A stretch of DNA of 64,000 nucleotides from Phoronis australis. Its lineage: Eukaryota; Animalia; Phoronida. Below, piece by piece: positions 50,701 through 63,300 of this stretch. The stretch lies in the NCBI GenBank assembly GCA_002633005.1, contig NMRA01000184.1:65255-129254 (forward strand), read 5' to 3'. The notes beneath the pieces are model-generated. The model saw nothing but the letters and a program-made list of their open reading frames with translations. It made no database searches and was not told the DNA's origin. Both the position numbers and the translations under genes were made by a program. Every line of letters starts with the position of its first letter. The stretch's first letter is position 1.

Positions 50701-53700
50701 TAGCTACCAACAGACATGGTATTTTGAAAAATTGTGACCATTCACAACATTGTTAGAAGCTCTTGAAAACTGAAGATAATGCTATATAGGCAATCATTCT
50801 TTTACCAACTTGGTCAGATTTTACTGCATATGGCCTAAACCAAAAACTTAACTTTGACAGAAATCACAGGTTTAATGTCACTAACTGAAATCAAGCTCGG
50901 TGACATTATCAGTAACATAATGCTTCAAATACTTAGCAAATTGTCTCAATGAGTTTTAGCTCTGCTAGCAAAGTGTTGGACAATAGGATTCACTAGAATC
51001 CCATGTCACTTCTAAAATGGAAAATGAAGATATTTATCTGGATCCAAATAAACTCCATTTATAAATTAAGACTCTCGAGGTCATCAATAGTGGGCGCTAA
51101 TAACATTTTTAGTAAAGGAAAATAATTTATAACCAATCTTATCAGAAATTATAGAGCTCTGCAGCCCACTGCCCTTTGATATAAGACTGCCATGCAGTGA
51201 ATGATAAAGCCTTCATCATGCTAAAAGACTAAATACAAAATTACAAATTAAACTGCACTGAATTTAGTAGCAAAGTTTCCATATACAGCAAGAATTGAAA
51301 GCTGTAATCGCATAACATGCCAAAAGCAAACCATCTTTATATTTCAGGCATGTTACTTTACATGCAACTGGCTATCTCGAAAACCAGACAAACTAAAATT
51401 AGCACCATGCAAAGACTATTTCTGAGTTCATGGTCACACAATCCCAACACTGAAGAGAACCATAGGTTCATCAAAGCAATACTTGAACATTTGACGACAA
51501 GTTGGCACTGTCGAAGCTTTGACATGTAAAACCAGTACATTTTGACCACTCCGTAAAATTGCTTGACTAAAAAGTGCAAGACAGCGTAGAACATAATCAC
51601 TGAAACTGGATATGATTAATACATGGGGGACCTCTTAGGAGCGACTGGTAAAGACGCACCACCACGTTGAGAGTATTGTGTTCTCCCATGGAGAGACCTC
51701 CTCATGATTTAGTAGAAAATTCCCATACACCAACAAACACCAATAGCGGGTCAGAAATGAGAGGATATATAGACTTTAATGACACCACAGATACTGCATA
51801 TTTACTTTTCAGATAGAGTTTAACAAAAATAATTATTTCACATAGCTTATATGGCCTTTTCCCATCAAGTTAAATCCGGTGCTAGAAAAGCGTGGATGCC
51901 AAATTCACTACTAAGTTTTCCCACTGATTTAGCTTCTGATTAGAAATGAACGAAGTGTAATATGACTTCACCATTGTCACCCCTGACGACAAATTTAATG
52001 GCCATCAAAGTTGAGTGTTGCTACTGTAGCGATGTGTCAACGCTTCACTGTTAAATCCACTTATTGGACTGTTAAGTAAACTTGAGCTCTAACTTTGATC
52101 CAAGACTGAATTGCATTACAACGCTTTCCTAAACACCGGCAAAGTTAAGAGTGAAAAGCCTCCTAAGTGGTTGACAGTAGTGTTAAAAGTAGGCCTAACC
52201 ATTACCAGAAAACCAAATAAATACAATGTGTTTATTGTTGACTTTACAAAGTGCACAAAACAACAGACACAGCTGATATGCACCAAACCATAACAAATTT
52301 AATGAGAATGTTCTACAAATTGTTAGCAACTAATATTCTAACTTCAGAATAGCTAACTTCAGAAGTGCAAGTTAAACAGACAGTAGAAATAGTCATTTGA
52401 ACTTTACCTTCCTCTTCCAGCCTTAGTTCTAACCAGGGCAAAAGGACAAAGATAACAATGGTTTACAATAGATGCAAAAGCAATAAGCAGATAACAATGA
52501 AACCAAACAATAGTCATTGGGTTTGTCAAGAAATTTTTATCTCCTGGACCCGGGTCTAACCTCCAAACTGGAAAAGAACTTGAAATAATTTGTGACATTT
52601 TCCCAGTCTACTGTTAACACAAACTCATGAGTTTGATCTATCTTCCTGTCCGTGAGTACATTATGGTTAACACAGATTACTTTTTAGAACTTGATAACCC
52701 CTAGATTCTGGCAGGCATGCTACAAACTTAGAGTGAAACCTCTTGAGTTATTTTGGGCTTGGATGGGGTAACTAGTCAAACAGTGGCTTAGAATTTTATG
52801 GATGGTTGTAAATAATAGTAGTCATTTGCACACACTATGAGTAGGCCTTTTGAAATTGACATGCAAGGTCAATGAAAGAAGTTATTTGTGAACCCTTAGT
52901 CAAACAACTGTCTCAACTAAAAACAGCTTAACAAAGGGTTAATGGTCATGGTTGAAAAGATGATTGTTTTATTACCCCCAAAAGATTCTGAATGGTTGAG
53001 CCCAGAATGTAAAAACTCAAATTTGGAATTCAGACTCGAACTTAGAGCTTTAATGCAGGGGTCATCAAATGCAACCTAAGGTTAAACAGACATCCACGTG
53101 AACTAAACGGTACTTCAGCCAGAATAACAGATACCGGTAACTATCTTGAAGTCATATTAGAAAAAAATTCCAAACATAATTTCTAGTCCCATCTTGAGTG
53201 AAGAGATTAGACCCTGGGCCTTGGTTGAAGACCCTATTCAAGCTCGTTTTTTATTACAGGTTTTTCTCACACAAATTTTGGTTTCTTAATACGTCACCAG
53301 ATTGCTTCTTTTCACTGCACGTGACTCAGTTTAATGAAGCACAAAGTTAACATGACACAAAAAGACGAACAAAACAACAAATAAGCAAATCCATGTTTCC
53401 ACGACAACAACAACACTTGATTTACAAAAATGACTTTCGACCACAACAACAAATTAAAGGTATGCTACCGTATGCACGGTAATAGTCGGATATAATTTGC
53501 CTGCATTTTGAGAACCGGTTTTCTGCACTGAATAACGGGCATCAAACTGGTTCTCAAAGTGAGGACATGTAATATCCAACTAATGCTGCATTGTAACATG
53601 AATTAATTATCTGATGAGGCCATTCAGTTTTGCCTTTAACGAGAATTGAATTGCCTCGCTTTTGCTTTTTTTTAGTTTAAACATAATTCAACTCCATGGA

Positions 53701-56700
53701 TTTAACTATGGGTTTTCCGGTATTCAGAAATAAGATTTTTAAACAAAAAGCTTGAAAAGGTAAAGAAATGCCTACCTGCCTGGGCAGCTAGCTCTAGACC
53801 TGTTTCATTGTCATACTCCAGTTGAGGCTCGTCAAAAGAGATGTTTGAGATCTGTCGGTCAATGTCAGCACTGCCATGACGCTCTGAAATATACAAATAC
53901 TTTAAAGGACATTGGAGATTATAAAATTCACATTAAATTAGCAGTAACAACGTGACTGTTAAAGGGACCTGATTACAATAATACCTGCAAAGAAAACACC
54001 ACGTGTAATACCCTACCCCATGAGAAAATTGCCTGAAACATTCCCAGAAATTTTTAGACAATATTTTTACTAAGAACACTTTTTGCATAGGGACAGAATT
54101 ATACTAAATTTCACATGATCATGGTATAATTTCCAGAAATTCAGTCATCAGTTTGTTTATTAAACAAGTAAAAACTGAAACCTCTGGCCAATGGCAGTAT
54201 TGCAGCCTATGCTTTAACACTTATCTATTCAATTCACAAGCAGAATGTTATCAATCTCACATTTAATGTTTGACAGGATACTTTCAAGGCTTGCCACAAG
54301 GGGCTACAGAACATGCTGGGATTCTTGATCACATGGAGTCACACAACAGATTAGTAAAAAAATTCCTGTAAAGATTCCTGGGAAATTTCTGTGGTTCAAA
54401 AATATATAATAAATTAGAAGCAGTGTTCGATTTGGCATTCTACAGGTCGCCAATGCCACGATTGTGTTTGGTGACCTGGGAAAAATCCAACGTCTCAACG
54501 AAATCACCACAGCAAGTATCAAAGTCCGACAATAATTCCTTCAAAATTTGATTCAATATTTGTGGTAACTTTCAAACAGTTTTTTTAGATTCAATACGAC
54601 TGGTTCCCAATTGTGCCAATTATCTCGTGAAATTAATGCATTTGCCACACTCAGCAGTCAGCACACATCAAACACACGCTTAAATTGCAGCACTGTAAGT
54701 AAATAGATGGAAGTTGGTATAATTCGTGAAAATTCGGGCAAGGTCGGCCCATGAAACATGCACCTCCAGTGTATCTGACCGTCTGCGTTCTTCATTGGCA
54801 AGAGAAATTAAGATTGAATAGTGCATTTTTTACCGGGAGAAATGGATGAGGTATGCATGATCTTTTGTGAGCAGAGCATGACAACGGATTTTTGGTTGAC
54901 GATTTTGAAGTAAGTTTTAGAGAACTCAGATTTTGTTTGGCGACCTAGGATTTTTGCGAAGTCACATTTGGTGTCTTGGTGTCAAGCTAAGCGTTGACCA
55001 ATGAAAAACAAGAAATAGGCATGCTGTAAGTAGCACCACACATTGCACTTCAATTTCCTTGTGCTCTTTTTTGTGCGTCCATTCAGACGGGCATGAGGCT
55101 GAACCGATGAGGGGTGGCGATGACGCGGTTAGAGAACTTTTCCCTCACTTGAAAAGAATACCCTCAGAAGAAGCAGGAACCTTTCGCTCAAGTAAACAAG
55201 ATCCCGAGTCCATAGAGCAAAGCATCTGAAAGTTTCATTTGAATCCAGTACACCATCTCTAAGCTTTGACTTTCCGAAACAAACCACATTTTGACATTTT
55301 TCTAGGGTCTCGCATAACCTTAAGTTCAATTTTCTGTCGTACTTCCAAGGGATACTTCCATAAAAGAGGTATATGGGAATTGTACAACTCAACATTAGGT
55401 AACTTTCCTACCAAGTTTCCCTACTAACGCTAGACCCTTTTTTCACCATATTCTCTACACAAGCTTCACTGTGGAAGTTCTCAACTCTAAAAAAGGTCCT
55501 TTTTACAACAACACATATATGTGCAAAAGAATGTTTCTTATAATATGAAACATTATCTAACGGTACATTTTGAAGACTTTCATCGCAAAAGACGTTTGTA
55601 ATGCTAGGAACACATCTCTCCTAATATTATTTCAGGATTAAAGGGCTAAAATTTTGGTGGTCCAAGAACAGCTACGAAAGGATTAGGTTTATGGAATGAA
55701 ACCTTACAAAGACTGGTGTTTTCATGAAGGCTCCCTACAAATGTGTCCCTTTTTCAGCTCACATTTCTAGAATCTACTGGAGGTTTAAGCATCCAAAATC
55801 CAGCCCACAGAATATCAAGGATCAAAATACTAAAAACAGAAAGCCAGCTTGTTGTAATTAAGATTCACATGAGTTACATTTATTTTTGTCGATTATGGAG
55901 AGTAGGCATTCCTGAGTTGCTCAAGTACGATTAATACGANTGGCCCCCCCCCCCCCCCCCGTCTTACTCCATCCATCCACTTCATAAGCAAAGCAGAAGT
56001 TTACTAAAAACACATCATAAACAACAACTACTGTCATATGAATTTATTGCAAATAAGTGCTTTTAATTTATCAAATGTGCTTTGGCAGAGACTGTCCCAA
56101 GAATGCTGTGATACTTATGGCAGTTAGTGAGGTGACAAGACCAACAAAACTATCAACATCTTAACAAGGAAGCAAAACAGTTGACACAGTTTCACTAATT
56201 ATAAATCTTTCTTCAGCTCCACAATATTTATTGAAAGACCATATGGTAGAATACGGAATTGGTTCATCATTGCCCCAGTGAGTACAAATCCTAGTTTCAA
56301 ATAAAGATTCAATGGCTTATAGTTATAAAGTTATAGACCTGTAGCATCAAACAGTTGATGCCATGCAACTGTTACGCATACGACACAACAGGCATAGTCA
56401 GTTCAGCAGCCACGCCCTTTCGCCTGTGTTCATGTAACACACCTAGTCGACCGAGTTCTGCTGAACCATCGCACTTCGCAACAAGGGTTATAAGTCCAAT
56501 TGGCGCTTTGTTACAGGAAGCCGTCCAGCATTTCCTGCGAGGTCCACTCTTTACGTAGTAAGCATAAAAATCTTTAAACTCTTCTTTTCTTGAATGTCGC
56601 TCCAATTCACAGTTTTTAATAAATTGAATGCGAAAGCAAATGAATAACAAATACAGTCCTCCCACAACCATGCCACATGCTGCAGAATATGTGGCTGTAA

Positions 56701-59700
56701 CTATAGACATTATGACTGCACAGTAGAGGTAAGTTACAGGATGCCTGAAGACGTAGCCTAGCAGCTGCCACCAAACCATCTCGTACAATAATTCATCCAG
56801 GTACATGTTCACCACTCGTTCAGTATCTTTTTGTCTGAGTTCCCGAATTTCCATTTTAAGTCTATTCCAGCAACAATTCTCAGCAGATAGCAACCAGGAG
56901 AGTGCCTGAGTTAAGAGCCTGTGAGTTATGGTAGAAGTGACCTAACTGAATGAACCTTCTACATCTACCAGTACACAGTGTGAAGGAGACTTACATAACC
57001 TGACACAGCTGCAGGAGCAAAGTTACCCTTTGCGATCATCAACATAGTCATCACCATCATTCTCAAGTGGGTCCATTATGAGTACCAGGACAATAAAGGA
57101 CTCTTCAGGGTTAGCGGAGATGTAGATACTAGCTTAGCGAGTTGAGAATTGAGCCTCAAGTGAAAGATAGCTCAGAACTGACAGCTCGCGTTAAGGTGTG
57201 AAAATATGACAACAACAGCAAAATCATGGTAAAAAAAATCTTTGTCGTGGAGGTAGGAAAATGCGCCTTTCCATAGGCCTCGTTTTAGAGATGTCGGGCA
57301 AATTCTGAGAATCACAACGGAAAATATCGCATCCACGGATACTTAGAACTTTACCTGGATAACTTTCTTGCAATGGAGTTGCAGCACACATCACGGTCAG
57401 CAGCAAGAGTTTGGTGGCATTAGAAGGTGACCAATGCAAAAAAGTTGAGAAAATTTTGAAAAATGCAAGGCACCACCAAATAACATGATAAGCTCGAGAG
57501 CACTGTTTGAGGAATGTTGCAGCACTGTGGGTAAAGACTGCGAGATTCAAGCATCGCTGTGTAATTCCGGAATGTCCGGGAACTTGCTGGCTTGCTGCTA
57601 GTTCATTTAGTTGTTGTTGAGTTGACAAAAGCTGTCAAGCTGGCCCTTGGAGTTCAAATGCTAAACACATTGTAGGTACAATGTAAAACTATCCACTATT
57701 TTTGTTGGATTTTATAAATTCTGGCATGGAAGAGAACATGGCTTTCATTAGACATGATACATTCACTTCACAAAGTAGCTGAGACTTCTCTTTCTGCAGA
57801 CCTGGTCCTTAGACGCAGTGTTTCTCAATGCAGTGTTTCTCCAATTGGAAGGGTCAGCAAGGATGATACAAAAATTGGGGTGGGCATGTCGCCTTCTCAG
57901 GCATTGTCTTTGGTAGGCATATTTTTCCTCGGGTATCGTCTTGGGTGGGTTTCGTCTTGAATGGATAAACAAAAGAAGCGATACCTAGGAGAGGGAATGA
58001 AAATTTTCATCCCCTCCAATTCCCTGACCTGTTCAAGGGCGCCTGGGTAAATTACCACATCACGTTGTTTAGGTTGTAACACAACAGAAGAATGCACCTC
58101 TCTAGAAAAAGTTCATGAGTTTTCAAACCCAGTCTAATGCTCCAACATCTTGAATATGGTAAAAATTCTCACCAACCAATTTAAGACACAACATGATCAA
58201 CATGCGGAATTTTGTTTTCTCATTGTTTCCGTACCAGAACTACAGTTCTGTACCATAGCTACAGGTCCGTACCATAGCTACAGTTCTGTACCAGAGCTAC
58301 CATAACAGTTCTGTACCAGAGCTACAGTTCCGTACCATAGCTACAGTTCTGTAAGAGAGCTACAGGTCCGTACCATAGCTAGTTCTGTACCATAGCTACA
58401 GATCTGTACCATAGCTATAGTTCTATATCATAGCTACAGTTCTATATCATAGCTACAGTTCTGTACCATAGCTAAAGTTATGTACCATAGCTACCATCAA
58501 ACAATGTTTTGAAAAATGGTGGGCCAATCACATCAATGTAAGAAGCCCTTGAAAATGAGAAAAGGGCAATTCTACTTAATTATGTTCGTGTGAAATTAGT
58601 GACATTTTACCATGTTGCCAGTAATCTCTAACATAAGGACACACCACATTTCATCAATTAAAAGCTGACTGGACAATGACAGGAGCCAAAGTAAAAAATA
58701 TTCAAGGTAAATAAACCAATACCAATGAACATCATGATAAAAACAATTTGTTAATGATAAAATATGTGACCAATGAAAGTACCTTTTTAATCCTAGATCT
58801 AATTCCAAATGTGTTCATCTATATCAAGACACATTGTTTATTTTCAGTATACATTAACTGTATAGATGACTTCCACCTGCGACTCGAGCATCAAGCCATA
58901 TCTATACTGTGAACAACCCATTAGATAAACAAGATGTGAACTAATTAGACAGAAGACAACCAGCTGTTATCACAGGTAATCGATACCTGAGTTTACACAT
59001 GTTTAAGAGTTTAAGTAAAGAATATTAAGGACAAGTAAGCGCTGTGGACATAATGTATTCTATAACATCTCATCGGCAATAGTCACTTACATGGTTCCTA
59101 GATTTTGAGAACCAGTTTGATGTGCCTGATGTTTAGTGGAGAAAACTCAGGTTTTTAAAATGCGGAACACCTGCAAGTGTTCATTACTGTTTCACATTGG
59201 CCAACTATCAGTATTACAAGATAACATAATTTTATTTCTCCACTTTTCATCGTCAGGGCTGCTCTTTGTTACGTAGCATTCACAGCAAAATTAATGATAG
59301 AGTCGTACACACGTCATATGGTCAGTTACAGAACTGACAGAAGGGGAGAAACAAACTTAAAGTTAAATAAATATTTCATGTAAACAGCTATACCTCATTG
59401 TAACTCTGTGGAAACCAGTCATTGCCTAACCAAACAAGTGATAAATTGTTCCCACGAGTGAGTGCAGCGTGTTCGTACACTGAATGTGTTTTTATAAGTG
59501 TATTTTATTTTTTCAATGGTTCATGCAAAAATAATACATTGGCTTTTCAATGAAAGATGTGACAGTAACCCTCCCGATATTTTACCCACAAAACCTCTTA
59601 GTACTTTGAAAAACATTTTGGAAATTCTGTGTTATTTAATGAGGGACACCAAATGCATGGGCAATAGCCTGTTTTAGAGTACATGAGAGTGACGCCATAT

Positions 59701-62700
59701 TCCAATTATGAGATTTAAAAGTTGGACAGTTCCGGTAAAAAACACAAGTTGATGGTGCGTACGAGTGGATAATAGGTGAGGACAAGTAAATGTTATGCCG
59801 AACCATACACATTTGCAGGGTTCCAGGTGAATGTCATAACACATTACTATGCATTAAACCTAAAAATGAAATATGGTGCATTCCAACTAATTTCTGTGAA
59901 TAATGTTTTTGTAGTTGATTACGTTTTGACGCAACACTAGGGCCATGGTTTTAATTTTTTTACTCAAGATCGAACTCGAAATTATTTTGGGATTTTCTAT
60001 AACTCTACTTTTGTGCGAACTCAAGAAGAGTGTCCGTTATTCTATGCATGAGTACACAATGGGTTACGTGAATAACTGCAATATTTAAGATAGTGACCAA
60101 GTGGAACTTGCAGGCTAATTTCTTGTCTGTGTGACTGCTTGGCCAAATTAGTTAGAAACACAACGTACAGCGACGATGTGAATACAAAGTAACTTGAAAG
60201 TTGACAAATGTTTCTAAGAACAAGTTTTGTGGCAAAAATGATCCCCGCAAATCACTGAACTATGTCCAGTAAGTATCATGACGTGATGTTGAGGAATAAG
60301 ATTGCATAATGCGGGCTATCTGAGCTCGCGATGTATGTCATCAGTGCAAAGGTCACCTACATTTACAAGTTGTCAGTGAATACAACTACACTTTATTTAT
60401 AGTAGATTATTTTAAAATAGCATTGTCGTTTAGTTCCTGTTCTATATTACCATAGTTAAGAACATGCAAATACATCTTTAAAATGACGCACTGGCTTTGA
60501 GTAGTGGCTGACAAACTTCCATTTCAAATTCATTTTTTCATTAGGCCAGGAAAAATAAGTTTATCGTCTGGGGATTATCCATGAATCAGTAAGGGGGTTA
60601 CTTTTTATTTTTTACTTAATGACGTCATCGGCGATAGAGTCACAGACATTGAAGACGAAGTATGCCATGTGGATATGTGACCGCCAAAAGATTAAAGGCT
60701 TTAGATAACATGTATTGGGGTGCCAGCTTCATTGCAAACAGTTATTAAAGGGAACAATGTCTTTTTGAAGGTTGGAAGTTTTCTTGGTCAATTTGCTATG
60801 CACGGAACTCACGCTCAACTTGAACTACAAAAAAAAGTTTTGAAATTTTTCAACAAAAATGAAATTGCAGATATAACAATTTTTTAAAGCAGAAATATGA
60901 AGCATGGACCAAGTTCCACAATCGTCACGCAGCTCAAGTAACCGCACAGTGTTCGTTTGTTCTTCCATTCTGATAACTGGGCTCCGCTTGGTTATATTAG
61001 AAATTTCCACTTGACTGCAAACAGGTAATGAAACTAATTCAAGAGCGATACAGTCAAACAGACTTGCCAATGTTTCTATTGCGCTACTTGCTCACAGTGT
61101 CATGACTTCCTGTTTGAACAATGACTATTAATTTGTTTTGTTTCAAACAAATCAACTATCAAGGTTCACGGTACCTTTTAGAATAAGAAAAAATGCCAAA
61201 TATGATAAAAACACCTTCAAAATAGAAAAAGCCCTAATAATTCTTTTACTGCTAACTGTGTTTTTTGGAAAGTTACCTATTCACTGCTGTTCACGTTGAT
61301 CGGTAAGTTGGGTACTTGCCATTCTCGACCTAGTTAATCCAAAATTCCATCGGGAAAACAAAAGTTTAACGGCATTAGCAAACAATAGGATGACATTTTA
61401 ACCAAATTACAAGCAAAAGTTAAGTTCGCCATTATTTGACAAAATCATTGTTGACTGCTTACCAATAGAAATGTGATTGAAGTAATAGCCTCTGAAATAT
61501 ATATATTGTTGAGGTTTAGGTAACTCAAATTCAAAATGATACTGATTCAAGAGTTCAAAATATCAGGTGCGAGATTTGGCATGTACCTGGGTCAGTGGGA
61601 AATGTATTTCAACAAAAGCCTTTAATTGCATTGATAGTGTTTTTTTCATCAAAAATCTTGAATACTCTACCTGGTGAATATATGCCTAGGAAGTATATGT
61701 CATAATTTCAAACTATCAAAAAAGAATCCATGAGCATCGTATCCTAAATGCTCATAATACACATTTTTAGTGATTCCATGCAATATTCTACACAATCCTA
61801 AGCACATTCATGAAGTGATATTTGAAATAAGATTTTCGCTTTATATTCAAAACAATAAAAGCACACTTTCAAATGTTGAAACAAAATAATTGTAAGCTGT
61901 GCCCACCGCTGTATCCGCACTAGTGACTTTACACCTTATATTCACAGAGAAATCCTGTATCCTGTTGTGTCAAGTCTTTTGCTTCATGTTGACAATCATT
62001 AGGTTTTTGACTATGTTTCTTTATATAGTTTTATATCAGCTACTATGTTCTTTCTGTATATATCCTTCTATACGTCTCTGTATATAATTCTCTGCACATG
62101 TATTTTCATCGGTAGTTAGCACTTTTGCTGTTTTCTTTTGTTGTATCTACTCACACTGATTTAAAATAATGTTATGCTTACTTACTTACTTACTTATTTA
62201 TTTACTTACTTACTTAATTACTTACTTGCTTACTATCCTGTTGCTGGAAATGATACTTTACTAATAACATTGTCAATCGCAGACTTTCATTCTGTACAAC
62301 AGGTTTACTTGCTTTGAGAAACAAATCCTATTCTAGTTTACTCCAATCCAAAGTTACTGACAGGCAAGGCAGGTCACATGACTGATGACGAACATGTCAG
62401 ATGGAGAGGTCCCCCACGTGTGTTGCCACCTCTCACAGTTGTTGGCAGACAGGTGTCACCTCCCCATAACCCTATGTGCATTTCCGTTTGACCTCGAGGA
62501 TATTGACTGTAATGGCATTCAGTCTTCAATTTCAATGACGGAATGAAGGACCACCCAAATCTTAAGGTGTCTTACCTTACCTTCTGGTTATCTGGGGTCC
62601 GAGCCGCTCCACACACCACTCGTGTATCGGCCACAGGAGAGCCGCAGAAGTGCCGTTGAATATTCATGTTGCGCCCTTATTGGCCAGTACCGGCATATGG

Positions 62701-62990
62701 GTCAAGACAGCCAACGTCAGCAGTCTTCAAGATGAACAACAGTTATCTTTTGATGCAGAAAGACGGGCCGCGTGGCAGAAGGCCAGCGCAGCAGTGAGAC
62801 AGGTCAAATAACGTCTCACTAAAGTTCTGTCCTGAAGCAAGTGCTTGTAAAATATTTAAACAGATAATACAAATCAAAACTTACTCTCTTCCTGTCTGTC
62901 CGTCTTTCTTGCCATCACCCCCTCAACTTCCAAATCTGGTGACACACTTTCCACTGCAGGCGCAGGCTCTTGTATGTTTGGCTCTGCCAT
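38734..62990 (-). CDS. ARHGAP1: Rho GTPase-activating protein, ARHGAP1/ARHGAP8 (p50RhoGAP) family: BCH/Sec14-like + RhoGAP domains, about 480 aa
   Basis: Exons 62990-62885 (tentative first), 53883-53776, 50138-50047, 48009-47940, 46204-46117, 45558-45427, 44994-44908, 43811-43713, 42975-42871, 42079-41928, 39783-39655, 39502-39396, 38901-38734, with consistent phases (1443 nt). Motifs: [64 protein letters not shown], arginine finger [32 protein letters not shown]. Confidence 0.92.
40535..40630. repeat. Dispersed repeat, second copy at about 49585-49675
   Basis: Shared GACTC..GAAAAC...GTTGGCCAA.CCTAAAAT...AAAATGGCGCAT(A/G)TACGCATTGCC. Confidence 0.6.
41125..41800. mobile_element. Helentron/HINE-like element: about 150-bp subrepeats, (GGAC)n microsatellite and terminal hairpin
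   Basis: AAAAT(T)G(G/C)..ACTAG(G).GGC units at about 41131, 41271, 41431 and 41577. CCAAATTTCATG motifs. A GGACGGACGGACAGACGG tract. Hairpin ATGCG.CCACATAT-AA-ATATGTGG.CGCAT at about 41764-41793. Confidence 0.65.
42077..42214. repeat. 69-bp tandem duplication including an ARHGAP acceptor
   Basis: 42077-42145 and 42146-42214 are near-identical. Both contain minus-strand TTAG|CAT. Confidence 0.9.
43782..44300. repeat. Degenerate about 55-bp minisatellite derived from an ARHGAP exon start plus acceptor
   Basis: Six to seven diverged copies of GTACATCACCTTCTTACCAAACTTAACACTGAAACAAAGGTAAA; the first overlaps exon 43811-43713. Confidence 0.75.
44786..44889. mobile_element. About 100-bp MITE family; related copies at about 53483-53582 (inverted) and about 59080-59184
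   Basis: Termini TAGTCACTT..AAGTGACTA and internal inverted GAGAACCAG...CTGGTTCTC. The core is shared by three loci. Confidence 0.7.
48018..48330. repeat. Degenerate 7-bp (TGAACAA/TGAATAA) satellite abutting an ARHGAP acceptor
   Basis: A visible TGAA.A(A/G) periodicity over about 310 bp, ending about 8 nt from the AG at 48010. Confidence 0.8.
56199..56854 (-). pseudogene. NAT8/camello-like GNAT N-acetyltransferase, disrupted; nested in ARHGAP intron 1
   Basis: [10 protein letters not shown], then a hydrophobic TM segment, then [18 protein letters not shown] (acetyl-CoA motif A). Premature TAA at 56374-56372. A +2 frameshift near 56325 precedes motif [14 protein letters not shown]. The ancestral stop is at 56201-56199 and AATAAA lies at 56048-56043. 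Confidence 0.75.
58227..58494. repeat. 19-bp minisatellite (about 14 copies)
   Basis: ACAGTTCTGTACCATAGCT units with variants. Confidence 0.92.
62176..62234. repeat. (CTTA)n microsatellite
   Basis: Imperfect CTTA tetranucleotide run. Confidence 0.85.
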
Positions 62991-63229
62991 TTCCGCATTG
63001 GTTTGAGTTGACCGTCACGCCTCCGTCTCAGCCGAGACTAAAGAGTTCAGAGTTAACAACAATAAATTTCCAAACTACACAATTTTTCGAGCGTATCTTC
63101 TGGAATACGAAACCTTGACCTACCCCGCATCTGCCTAAAATTATAACAGGCTGATGAAGCTTTTGATAAAAGTGCAGATAACCGATAATAGAGAACGAAC
63201 AGAACAAACCACTTGTTTTGACTGTCCCC

Positions 63230-63300
63230 AGAAAAATTGCCGTCAAGCAAACCCGGAAATACGCTGACGTAAAATGCGGGAGAAATTTTATGCGCTTTAC
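63230..63300 (-). promoter_or_regulatory. Putative ARHGAP promoter region
   Basis: A CpG-rich patch about 250 bp upstream of the candidate first exon, with ETS-like CCGGAAAT and CRE half-site TGACGT. A full TGACGTCA palindrome lies at 63943-63950. Confidence 0.35.

Noticed and set aside
53980-54000. Strong acceptor followed directly by GT (TTTCTTTGCAG|GTATT) as a recursive splice site or linking exon
   Set aside because: The regenerated donor is weak, it lies only about 100 nt from the true acceptor, and no exon length gives an open in-phase link.
55940-55960. Poly-C run as a G-quadruplex or regulatory element
   Set aside because: It abuts an N gap, so its length and context are unreliable.
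57224-58097. 134-aa and adjacent short ORFs
   Set aside because: No homology or motif was recognised; they are likely chance ORFs.
59394-59405. 12-nt AG..GT-bounded segment as a microexon
   Set aside because: It introduces TGA in the phase required by the ARHGAP model.
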